From Azolla caroliniana (Eukaryota > Plantae > Polypodiophyta), in the NCBI GenBank assembly GCA_043228905.1, contig JBHGNT010000018.1, positions 13,764,001-13,828,000 on the forward strand: a stretch of 64,000 nt of DNA, read 5' to 3'. The notes under the pieces are model-generated. The model worked only from the letters and a program-made list of their open reading frames with translations, did not search any database and was not told the DNA's origin. Position 1 is the stretch's first letter, and every line of letters begins with the position of its first letter. Below are positions 26,295-38,139 of the stretch, one piece after another. Position numbers and translations under genes: made by a program.

Positions 26295-27321
26295 TGTCGT
26301 GAAGATCCGTCACTACGCGCGGATCGTGAGGCGGAACCGCCGGGGTTCTGGACCAGAAGGATTTAGAGTCGATACAAGCTTTGGCGAGAAAGTACTTAAG
26401 ATAGATTGGGAAAGAGAGAAGTTGAGATTACGCGATTGATTTGAAAACGAATTTCTTCCTCTTAATTTTCATAAAAAAAAACCATATTTTTCTCCTCCCC
26501 CTTCCCTCTTTTATAGATGCTCTCATGCATATGATGCATGTGAGGGTACAAGACATGCATAAATTGCATGTTTGCCATTTGGCGCTTAAGTATTACATGT
26601 GGTGCATGCTAACCATGTCACTCATTTTAGCACTCATGGATGAGAATTTACATGTAAAAGTACAATGATAGAAATATAATTTCAACTAAATACCATGGCT
26701 TAATGATAAGCCATTTGACTCCTAACTTGGAGGTGCAAGGTTTGAATCCATACTTGCCCTCCTTGTATATGTAAATATGTATATATTTTTATATATTTAT
26801 TTTATCTAGTCGCCGGTTCGCCGGATACCGTCGCCGGATGCCGATGCCGCCGTCGGATGCCGACGCCGTCGCCGGATACCGGTGCCGCATGCCGCCGCCG
26901 GATTGCCGTCGGATGCCGTCGGATCACCGGCTCCATCGCCGGTCCGGTTTTGGTTGGCCAAAACCCTTTTCGAGTAGCTAGCCACCTCCACTCTAAGTTC
27001 AAGTTACCTTGAACTCTCTATGCTCCACACATAGACACAAAGATAATATCTTTTGCTCCACCTTATATATGATGAGAGCCGTATTTGTCGTGCCTATGTG
27101 GGATATCTCACAATTTTCTCTTTTCTTTTCACAAACTTTATACCCTCATATCTTGACATTTAGTTGTCCATTTCTCGTGTAATAAAGTGCATTCGAAACC
27201 TCCATCATTTTGTACTTAGATATTAAAAATGTTATCTTCACAATTATTGTATTACGTGATTCATACTCGATTTTGTACGTTTTATGGGATTTTCACACTA
27301 TTGCCGAAAATCTTCACGACA
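26295..27321 (-). repeat. 3' LTR of the Ylt1-like element
   Basis: TGTCG...CGACA termini; PPT (GGTGGGGGTGGA on minus) at 27322-27333; contains a tRNA-like cassette at ~26689-26760 (+) and GC-rich repeats at 26811-26947. Confidence 0.93.
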
Positions 27322-27393
27322 TCCACCCCCACCAAACCGCACGTCCTCCGGTACGTGCCAAGAATAGAAGAAGTGAGATTTCGGCTATGATGA

Positions 27394-30300
27394 TCAATTA
27401 GATTCCTCCATGTCTTCATTTTCATCCGGCCTATTATGTTCATCGTCGAGGTAATCGAGGTCAGGATCCTTGTCTTGTCTTTTCTTGAAAAGCTTTACTC
27501 TTTTTCCCGCAATGGGTACGGCCAACCTTGATCCGTCTAGTTCCGCAAGGTGGTATGTGGCATTATCGTTGGCACTTGTCACCACATACGGCCCGAACCA
27601 TCTTCTTGCGAACTTCCTTGTTGTACTATGTTGATTGTCAAGGGTGCTGTCGTAAACCAAAACCCAATCCCCATCTTCAATCTTCTTGGGACGAAGTCGA
27701 TGCGTGTTGTTGAACCAAACTTTGTTCTTTACTCGGGCTGCCTTCATCATCTTTCGCGCATTTTCTAAATCTTCAGGTCTTCTTTCAAGTTTCCTTATCC
27801 ACGCCGCTAATAACTCTTCTGGGTTCATCTCGTTCTCCCACGGTATCGCTACCCATGAGGCGATCGTCCTTTCGATGGGCATAATCGGCTTTTGTCCATA
27901 CATAAGCTCTGTCGGCATATACCCTGTCACCGAGCTATGTGTCGTTCTATCGGCCCACAAGGCATAGGGTAATAGTCGTGGCCAATTCCCGACTCGAACG
28001 TTGCATGCCCGTACGATGGCTTTAACGATAGGTCCATGCCCTCGCTCGATCTTCCCATTTGCTTCCGGATTGTAGGCAGTCGTGAGGGAGAGCTTCACGC
28101 CTAGTCTTTCGAAGAGCTCCGTCACTTCGTGCACGTCCAACTCCCTTCGGTCGGCCACTATCTTCCCTACACATCCATATCGGCAAACAACATCTTCAAG
28201 TAAAAATTTACAAATGGCTGAAGTCGTCTTATTTGTCAAGGCTCGTCCTTCCACTTGATTTGTCAAGTCTTCCCTTGCGAGCGCTAAGTACTTCATTTGT
28301 CCCACTCCCATTGGCATCGAGACCAGATCCACCATCCATTTGAAGTGAATGGTGAGTGGGTATGTCGGCTTTAACTCATCACGATGACGTATATTTGAAT
28401 ATATTTGGCAAGTTTCACATGTGTAAACGAAATGGAGTACATCTTTGTACATGCTTGGCCACCAGTACTTCTCCTTCAATTTTTCGAACGTCGCCCATGT
28501 TCCTCTATGACCTGCCCAAGCACTCTCGTGGAATTCGGTCATCAGCGTCTCTTGCTCTTCTTTCTTTACCACCACTCGACGTGGTATTCCTGTTCTTCTT
28601 TTTGGATGTCGCCAAAGGAATCCTCCCTTCAAGAAGTATCGATAAGCTTTCTTCCGGATTCGTAGGGCCTCCTCCTTTGTCAACGAAGCATCGGTCGTCA
28701 ATGTTCTTAGGAATCTACCGATGAGTAACCACTCTCCTTCGTACTCGTTCTCGTTGAAGGCGTGGAGGGTTTGCGTGTCCTGGTCTTCCGCCGACAATCG
28801 AGCCATCTTGAAGAAGTCGAGGGCGACATCTTCATCTTCCGAAACCATGTTACTTCCATTTGAAAATCTTGCCCTCGACAGCATGTCAGCCATGGCGTTC
28901 TTCTTCCCTATGATGTGACGGATCTCTGGGTTTAAAGACTTGATGTAGGCGATCCACCTTAGCATAGCAAGATCTGGGGTCGCACATCCCGAGACCATTC
29001 CGAGAATTGGGAGACAATCTGTCTCTATTATCACTTCTGACCCGATCAAGTAATCTTTGTCCGTCTTCACTGCCGACACAATACCCCAAAGTTCCCGCTT
29101 GACTTGGGCATATCTTTGTTGCCGTTCATTGAGAACCTTTGCTCCGAACCGGACGGCATATCGCGCATTATCTTCACCTTCTTGATTGATGACCCACCCA
29201 ATTCCGGTTGGGCTCGTATCTACGGTCACGTAAATTGGTTTCCCTTCGGCATAGTCGGCCTTCCTTAGTGCCGGAGCTTCAAGAAGCAATTTCTTTAATC
29301 TTCGCATCGCCTCTGTGTGCTCGTCTCGCCATTCGAACTTTATTCTTTTCTTTAGTAGTCCATATAACGGTTCGACGACATGAGCGTAGTGAGGAATCCA
29401 TATATGATAAAACGTGCACGCTCCAAGGAACCTTCGAACCTCCGTTTGGTTTTTGCATTCTTCTTTCATGTCTTGGATTGCGTTCACTTTGGATGGCGAG
29501 GGCTTCCGGCCGTATGCTCCACACAAGTGACCTACCACCAAGATCTCCGGTTGCCCGAATGCGGATTTTTCTCCCGAAAATGTCAAATTCGCATCTTCGA
29601 GCCTTTGAAGCACCTTCTCGCAATCTTTCATATGATCCGCAACGAACTTTCTACAACCTTCCTTATCTTTCGATTCATCTTTCTCCTCATCCGAACATCC
29701 TTTTATCGGAATATCATCCAAGAATGGCATCGTGATGTCCGGAATGCAATCCTTCAAGACTTTATTCATGGCATTCACCATATGAGCCACCGAGTTCGTT
29801 GCGCCTTGGGGTAAGGTACACATCCGCACAAGCCCGATCGGAGTCCTCATGGTTGTAATGTCCCGACTGTCGATCGCCAACTAGAATTGGTCATATCCGG
29901 AGTAGAGATCGCCAATGGAGTAGATGGACCGGCCCGCAAACGCTTCGGCAAATTCGTCCACGCTCGGACCGATTCCGGCATTTCGAATTGTCACCTTGTT
30001 GACGGGTTGAAGATCTTGGATGAATCGCAATGATGCATTCTTCTTCGGCACCGTGAACCACCTATTGGAATAAGGAGCATTCGACGGTTCTAGAATTCCC
30101 ATACTCACCTTCTCCTTTAAGAGCTCGATCAGCTTCGGAAGGTGTGCTCTCGGAACCGGTATCGGTTTCAAATTCCAAGGCACATGAGGCACCGTGAAGA
30201 TCACCATTGGCTCTATAACCTTTGGGTCGGCACATCCGATTTCTCGTGGGAAGAATGCGAAAGCCTTCCCATGTCTCTCAAGCATATCGCGAAACATTCG

Positions 30301-30888
30301 CTCCTCTTCAGGGAGAAGGAAATCCTCCTTTCCAACTCGTAGCTTCCCCTTCGTCTCTTTGGTGAAGTCATGACCTATCTTCTTCGGATCTCTTAAGCTT
30401 GGATCGTTAGCGACTTCCTTCATCTTTTGCCAGCTATCTTCCGGTAGCGGAACCGCAACTGGCTTGATCTTCTTATCCACTGTTTTATATTTCGTGTTGA
30501 TGTCAGCTTCATTCATCGAGATGCCACGACGGTATTCATCGATGATAGCATACATGTTGACGGAGTTAACCGAAATCACACGTTGGTTGTGAAGATAGCT
30601 CAAGTCCACAACGTCCTCGATTTCGCCGATGGTGTCGTTAAATGAGGCTTCTTCCATAATATGAGTCACGAACTCCCCTTCTTCTATTATGTTCTCTTCT
30701 TTCAGCATCTTCTCGAATTCTTGTATCCGGCTCTTGTGCTTCTTGTCAGGTAGTACTAGTTTACATGCGCCACTAGGTGTGACACATGTTGCTTCTCCTT
30801 GCAATCCACGTGCTCTTCTTTCTTGTGGGGTCTTGTGATTGCTCGGACTATTTGTGCCCCATGCTTCAATAGTCCGCTCTAAAAATCC
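27394..30888 (-). pseudogene. Gypsy Pol (RT, RNase H, integrase) with one premature TAG at 29883-29881
   Basis: DLYSGYDQ, LPQGATNS, FLDD, VDTSPTG, H-x6-H...CETC, EANGKIERGH, WFGPY; no chromodomain. ORFs 29881-30804 and 27394-29880 are in frame. Confidence 0.93.
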
Positions 30889-33083
30889 GCGGATTCGCCT
30901 CCGAGACTATCTCGATTCCTTTCATGATTGGCTCGCACCGTTAGGAATTGGACCGATCTTTGGTTGTCAAGACTCTTTATTCGTGCGAAGGCTGCTCCAT
31001 TATCGAACACTTTGGTCTCCATCCGAGATGATGTGATATAAGGTTGCCCTAGGATGACAGGATGCGATGCCGATTCTTGTACGAAGAAGTGTTGATCCAT
31101 CTCCACATCCCCGATCGTGACTTTGACATTGGGACAAGCTCCGTACAAGTCCTCCGTAGACTTTGTTGCCGCGCGAATCTTCCATCCGTGGTTTGTATTA
31201 ATTGGCCATCTTCCCTTTTTGTAGAAGTCGGTTGACATGAGGTTGATCTCCGAGCCGTGGTCGATCAAGGCTACAACGGTCTCTTTCTTCTCCCCGATCT
31301 TCACCGGCGTCTCCGTTGTCGCTCATGCCCAATGAGGTCGAGTGTAGTGGTTGTCCACCATATCTTCATCGATTTCGTCTCTTGCCATCGTTATGGCATT
31401 CGTTTTTGCTTTCTGCGGCTTCTCTTCTTCATCGTCCGATTGTTGTCTCTTTCTCTTTACAAGGTCCACGATCGTGTCATGGAACTCCTTCTTCGTAATG
31501 CCAAGCAATTCCCTCAAGGACAAAGTTACATGCCTATCAAGAACTCGTTCTTCGAGAATCTTCTTTAGGTCCGTCGTCTGCTCTATGTCCGACCTTAGCT
31601 TATAGGTAGGTATGGTCCTTGTCCTCCGAGCGGGGTCTTCGACACCAACCTTCACGGGCCGAACCGTTTCTTCAACTCATATGCTCGGCTCCCCTTTTCG
31701 GCTTGATTCTCGTTCCTCCGTTTGTAAAGGTCGACTCGTCTCCACATCGTCCTTCTTTTTCGCGTTCCTTGTTTCATGTCTTTTTGATGGGCCTTGCTCT
31801 TCTATTCTCTTTCTCTTTTCTTCGACGAACACCTCGTGGTTGTCGCACATCACCTCTGCGAGTATGGTGTTGTCGTCCACCGGATCCGACCACCCGGTTA
31901 TGCATTGCACGTTTCGGTCCGCAAGCTCTACCTCGTTCGATGTGACTTTTCCCTTCTTCTCATATTCGAGAACGGAAGTCCAAAACTTTGCTCCCGCTCT
32001 AGCAGCTTCAGTCTTGTCTTTCCCGACTCTTATTCCGGCCGACGCAGCATAGTGCATCACATCCACATGAGTCGCATCGGCATCCTCCATAGATTTCTTC
32101 ATTCCTCCTCTTCCGAAATTCACCCGTAGGGGTCTTCTAGTCTCGCTTGAGCAGATCATGTTGTCCTCTATGTATACGATATTTTGTCGAATCGCCTCTC
32201 GAAGGCTCGCACAATCCCTTCTCATGTGGTCCATGCTATCGCACCACACGCATCTAAAGGGTTCTTTTCCTTTAGGGCCCCGACGATTTATGTTGGCTAG
32301 CGTGACCTTCTCGAACTTCTTCGCTAGCTCTTCGATGATGTCGTCATCAATCTTCTTTTCTTCCACGTTACTTTGTCTCAGCGGCTCAGCTACTTTCGGC
32401 GGTCTTGCTTTCTCCGTGGTAGTCGGTCCCGTCAAGTCGGTGTCATCAACCCATTGGCGACGCTTGTCGAACCTATTGCATGCCCGCTTCACCGCGATCC
32501 AGTCCGCTACGAGCCCATTTGCTTGGGTATCATCTTCGAGAAGAGTCCCCAACTCCCGTCTATCCTTTATGTCCATGGCCTTCAAGAAGTACAAAGTCTT
32601 GTCCTCTTCAAGCAACACTTGGTCCGTATTGGGGAGACGACTAAACATCTGGTCGAATTCGTCGTACACCCTCGAGACGCTCATCTTCTTATTCTTCTTC
32701 TCTATCCACTTCATCAGGGCATGTCGAGTCATCCTCGTTGAGTCATCAGTCACGAACTCCGCTAGTATCGTTTTCTCGAACTCAGACCATGTTGTCTTTC
32801 CTTCTTGAAGCTCGATGACACGTCTTTGGATGTTGTTGGCGACAACTCTCTTGAAGCTTGCGATTTGACGTGCCTCGGACACATCCCTTTAATTCATCTC
32901 CCTCTTATATGCATCAAGGAACTTCGTAACATTCCTTCCATCGAATTGGCCCTCGAGCTCTACGACACGATCGACAGCCTTCTCCACGCTCACGTCGTTG
33001 TCCCGAGATCTCATCATTTGCTCGACGATTAGCATCATCCTTTCGAGCTCTCCCGCTTGGTTGCTTGAGGATGCCATCTCCAA
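30879..33083 (-). pseudogene. Gypsy Gag-protease ORF (CCHC knuckle, DUF4100-like region, aspartic protease) with 3 premature stops
   Basis: ORFs 32889-33083, 31677-32882, 31323-31655 and 30879-31304 share one frame; CVWCDSMDHMRRDC; LIDHGSEINL...ILGQPY. Confidence 0.9.
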
Positions 33084-33118
33084 GTATCAATCTCAACTTG
33101 ATCCTTCCTACCGCCTCG

Positions 33119-33136
33119 TTCACATCGGGTTCACCA
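33119..33136 (-). other. Primer binding site complementary to the tRNA-Trp 3' end
   Basis: Minus strand TGGTGAACCCGATGTGAA matches the plant tRNA-Trp 3' end as I recall it (TTCACGTCGGGTTCACCA) with one G:U-compatible difference; 8 nt from the LTR. Confidence 0.7.
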
Positions 33137-33144
33137 CTTAATTA

Positions 33145-34142
33145 TGTCGTGAAGATCCGTCACTACGCGCGGATCGTGAGGCGGAACCGCCGGGGTTCTG
33201 GACCAGAAGGATTTAGAGTCGATACAAGCTTTGGCGAGAAAGTACTTAAGATAGATTGGGAAAGAGAGAAGTTGAGATTACACGATTGATTTGAAAACGA
33301 ATTTCTTCCTCTTAATTTTCATAAAAAAAAACCATATTTTTCTCCTCCCCCTTCCCTCTTTTATAGATGCTCTCATGCATATGATGCATGTGAGGGTACA
33401 AGACATGCATAAATTGCATGTTTGCCATTTGGCGCTTAAGTATTACATGTGGTGCATGCTAACCATGTCACTCATTTTAGCACTCATGGATGAGAATTTA
33501 CATGTAAAAGTACAATGATAGAAATATAATTTCAACTAAATACCATGGCTTAATGATAAGCCATTTGACTCCTAACTTGGAGGTGCAAGGTTTGAATCCA
33601 TACTTGCCCTCCTTGTATATGTAAATATGTATATATTTTTATATATTTATTTTATCTAGTCGCCGGTTCGCCGGATACCGTCGCCGGATACCGATGCCGC
33701 CGCCGGATACCGGTGCCGCATGCCGCCGTCGGATTGCCGTCGGATCACCGGCTCCATCGCCGGTCCGGTTTTGGTTGGCCAAAACCCTTTTCGAGTAGCT
33801 AGCCACCTCCACTCTAAGTTCAAGTTACCTTGAACTCTCTATGCTCCACACATAGACACAAAGATAATATCTTTTGCTCCACATTATATATGATGAGAGC
33901 CGTATTTGTCGTGCCTATGTGGGATATCTCACAATTTTCTCTTTTCTTTTCACAAACTTTATACCCTCATATCTTGACATTTAGTTGTCCATTTCTCATG
34001 TAATAAAGTGCATTCGAAACCTCCATCATTTTGTACTTAGATATTAAAAATGTTATCTTCACAATTATTGTATTACGTGATTCATACTCGATTTTATACG
34101 TTTTATGGGATTTTCACACTATTGCCGAAAATCTTCACAACA
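33145..34142 (-). repeat. 5' LTR of the Ylt1-like element
   Basis: Direct repeat of 26295-27321, differing by a handful of substitutions plus indels in the GC-rich repeat. Confidence 0.93.
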
Positions 34143-37100
34143 ACGGGATCAAGTAGGAAGGCACCGAAGTGATGCCGACAGCAATTCCAAACCCTCCGAA
34201 AATAGGGGGAGTCGAGGTGACGAGAACCGGCAAAGGAAATCCGTCGCGGAATGTTGGTACTGTGGCAAGAAAGGCCACAAGGAGAGCGAGTGTTGGAAGA
34301 AGCGCGCCGATTCGGAGAAAACCAGATCTAGATCTGGACAAACTGGCAAAGGAAATCGGCAGCAATCACACTACGGCGAAGGATCCAAAACATTCGGAAA
34401 CGGGGCAACCTTCATGAAGAGACACAAAGCAAACTCGATGAAGAAGACCACCCCGAAATCGGACGAGGTGTGGTACGTTGACTCCGGCGTGTCAAACCAC
34501 ATGACGAGCCATAAGGAGTGGTTCTCATACCTTGAGAAACCGATGCAACCGGGAGTAGTCGCAAAAGGAGACGACACTCCGCATCCGATCGAGGATGTCG
34601 GTGAAGTTCCCCTGAGCCATGTCGGGCAAAAAGGGAAACTCATGAACATGTTACACGTCCCGACAATCACGAAGAATCTGGTGTCGGTCGGGCAGATCGT
34701 CGACCAGGGGATGCAAGTCTGGTTCACACATCTCGGGTGCTTCATCGAGGAGGAAGGCCAAGTTATTGCGCAAGGGCGCAGAGACGGGAGGATGTTTATC
34801 CTCGACATCAATGACATTGGCACCGTAATGTTCGCAAAAGGACAAAAAGTCGAGTCAGATATCGACTTGTGGCACAAGCGGATAGACTATGTCAACTATC
34901 AAAGGTTTCAGGACTTGCAATCGAAACAAGTTGTGTTCGGATTGCCCAAATTCAATGGCCGGCCCAAACTTGTGAAGCCTGCCAGCTAGGGAAGCAACAC
35001 CGACTTCCTTTCCCCAACGAGCGTAACCGGAGCCGGAACAAGCTCAACTTAATACATTCAGATGTATGGGGCCGGCACAGAATGTTAGTCTTGGTGGTAG
35101 TTGATATTTTTTCTCCTTCATCGACGACTACACGCGGCACACGTGGATCTATCTCATTGAAAAGAAGAATGAAGTCTTGGATTGTTTCTGGGACCTCAAA
35201 AGCTTCGTAGAAAGGGAAATAGGGAGAAAGATCATGTGTCTACAGTCGGATGGAGGAAAAGAGTACTTTTCCGGCCAATTCAACAGTTATCTTCAACAAA
35301 TGGGAATTCGGCGCGAATTCAGTTGCAAGAATACACCAGACCAAAACGGTGTAGCCGAAAGGACAAACCGATCGTTTGTGGAAGCGGCACGGGCAATGCT
35401 GGAAGAAAAGAGCTTGCCCACGTTCTATTGGGCCAAAGCGGTACGAACCGCGTTCTACATCCATAATCATATCAGAGACAAGGTGTCCGTGCATGAGCTA
35501 TATTTCGAAAGGAAGCCGAATCTACGACACTTGAGATTTTTCCATAGCATTGCGTATGTGCATGTGCCGAAGGAGAAACAGAGGAAGTTGGACACGAAAG
35601 CCGAGAAGTGTATCTTGGTCGGCTATTCGGACGAACAGAAGGGTTATAAGTGTTATAACCCCCGAATCAAACAAGCTCGCGTGAGCCACGATGTTGTGTT
35701 TGACGAGTCCGCGTCCTGGTACTTTCCTCCGACTCCGGACCTCAACTCCAACTCCGGACCTCCGGACCCGAGTTCTGACGATGAGGTCAGCGAGGCTGAA
35801 ATGACTCCGAATGACCGCAAAATCAAGACCCTCGATGAGAGTCTGATTTCATTTCGGCTAAGTGGACCGAACGAGCAACTAGGTCGGTTTGACTAATCCG
35901 AAGAAGAGCCGGCGAGTAGTGGAGACTTTGTCGTGCATTCCCCCCGCAGGAAGCCGAGGAGACGGTTTACGCACAAGGAAAAAGGGAAGAAGAAGATGTC
36001 GTATAAGGGCGAGTCGGATCAATGTGAATCCGACTCCGAGAAGAGCGATGACGGGCCTTCGAGAGCAAAGTCCGCGTCGGCCAAGCAAGGCTCAACATCG
36101 GCTAATGAGCAATTACGCCGATATACCCGCCAGAAGAACCCTATTGTGCGGTTCGGATACAACGAGTACATAGCGCATCACTATGTGTACATGACGCGTG
36201 TAGCGGAAGTGCGTGAGCCAGAGAGCTACGCAGAAGCGGCAAAGGACGCAAATTGGCGTGCCACAATGGAGGAAGAGATGCGTGCATTGGTAGAGAATGA
36301 AACCTGGAACCTAGTTGACGCTCAGAAGGGTGTGAAGCCGAACGGATGTAGGTGGGTGTACAAGGTCAAGTACAACACCGACGGCTCGGTCAAGCGATAC
36401 AAGGCCCGGTTAGTAGCGAAAGGCTATGCGCAGCAACACGGCATCGACTACAATGAGACGTTTGCACCAGTCGCAAAGATGATGACCGTCCATGTTTTGC
36501 TTGCGGTAGCTACAGTGAAGGGATGGCATTTACATCAGATGGATGTCAAGAATGTGTTCCTGCAAGGCGAGCTTGAGGAACAGGTGTACATGGTACAGCC
36601 CCCCGAATTTCACTCCAGAATGAACACCTCGGTGGTGTGCCGATTGAAGAAGTCCCTTTACAAACTAAAGCAAGCCCCGCGTGCTTGGAACGCAAAAATC
36701 ACACAATGATTGCGTCGGATGGGATTTGCGACATCCAAATCAGACTCTTCACTGTTCATTCAGAAAGTTCAACTCGGGCCTATTAGTATTTTACTTTATG
36801 TTGATGACTTGGTCATCACCGGCACCGACCTAGGTGAAATTGACCGCGTAAAGCTCCAGCTCACGGCATCATTTGACATGAAGGACCTTGGGGACCTTCA
36901 TTACTTCCTAGGGATCGAAGTGATCCGTACCCCCGAAGGCATATTGATCAGCCAATAGCCTTACATGTTGTCTATGCTCTTCAAGTTTGGAATGGCAGAT
37001 TGTAAGTCTGTCTTGACTCCTCTAGATAGAATCATCAAGCTTCACCCCGACTCCGGAAAGGTTTGCGACCCGAAGAGGTTTGGAAAAATTGTCAGAAGCC

Positions 37101-38139
37101 TCATATACTTGACTATCACTCGAACAGACATTAGTTACCCGGTCGGTGTGATTAGTCAATTCATGGCGCAGCCAACCAAGGAGCACCTTCAGTGCGCACA
37201 ACGCGTACTCCGGTACGTCAGTGGCACTAAGGATCGGGGGCTACTATATCAGACCGATACTGACGTGCAAATAGTCGGCTACACCGATGTTGATTGGGCC
37301 GGAAACGTCGACGATTGCCGATCCACATCTGGATTCACGTTCTCTCTTGGGATCACTGCGATCGCGTGGAGTAGCAAGAAGCAGCCGACATTTGCACTTT
37401 CGAGCACCGAAGCCAAGTATAGAGGAGTGGTTGTCGCCACATGCGAAGCCATCTGGCTGAAACGACTACTTAAGGATCTACAGCTGGAGGTGTCCAATCC
37501 GATGACGATCTACTGCGACAACCTCAGCAGCATCTAGTTAGCGAAGAAACTTGTCTTCCACGCCCGGACTAAGCACATTAAGGTGCACTACCACTTTGTC
37601 CACAAGCGTGTCCTCTCCGGTGAAGTCGAACTTCAGTATGTTCCGATGGATCGGCAGACTGCCGACATTTTCACCAAGCCCCTTGGTCTCGACAAGTTGC
37701 AGCAATTCTCGGGTGCACTTGGGTTGCGACACCTCAATGTGCCGAACTTGAGGGGGAGAGAAGTCCCGGAAGACCAAGGAAGGGAGCAGGAAAGGAGCGG
37801 AAGAGACCGTGACGCCAAGTCGAATGACGAATTCGATTTCGGGTCGGCTGAAGAAGCCCAGGGTGGATCCGCGAAAGAGTCTGAATGTGGACGTGAGGGA
37901 AGAGGCAGAAAGAAAGAGTCGAAACCAGCCAAGCATGGGGGAGATGAAGCCAACTTAGACGAGAGCCAAAACCGATCGGAGGAAGCTGATTCAATTCGGA
38001 TGTTTGATTCGGAGACGCCAAATCAACCGAGGGCTAAGCGGAACAAAGGGCAGCCGAAGAGGCGCCAACACCGCGACAGCAAGGGAGCTGAGAAGGGCCT
38101 CATGAGCACACACGCCAACCGGAAGGGTCGAGGCACTTG

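Larger units (their letters stand above)
26295..34142 (-). mobile_element. Young full-length Ty3/Gypsy element, Ylt1-like (fungal-type, DUF4100-like gag), nested in the Copia B gag
   Basis: Near-identical ~1-kb LTRs at 26295-27321 and 33145-34142; 4-bp TSD ACGG; tRNA-Trp PBS; PPT; Gag-PR and RT-RH-IN ORFs on the minus strand. Confidence 0.95.
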
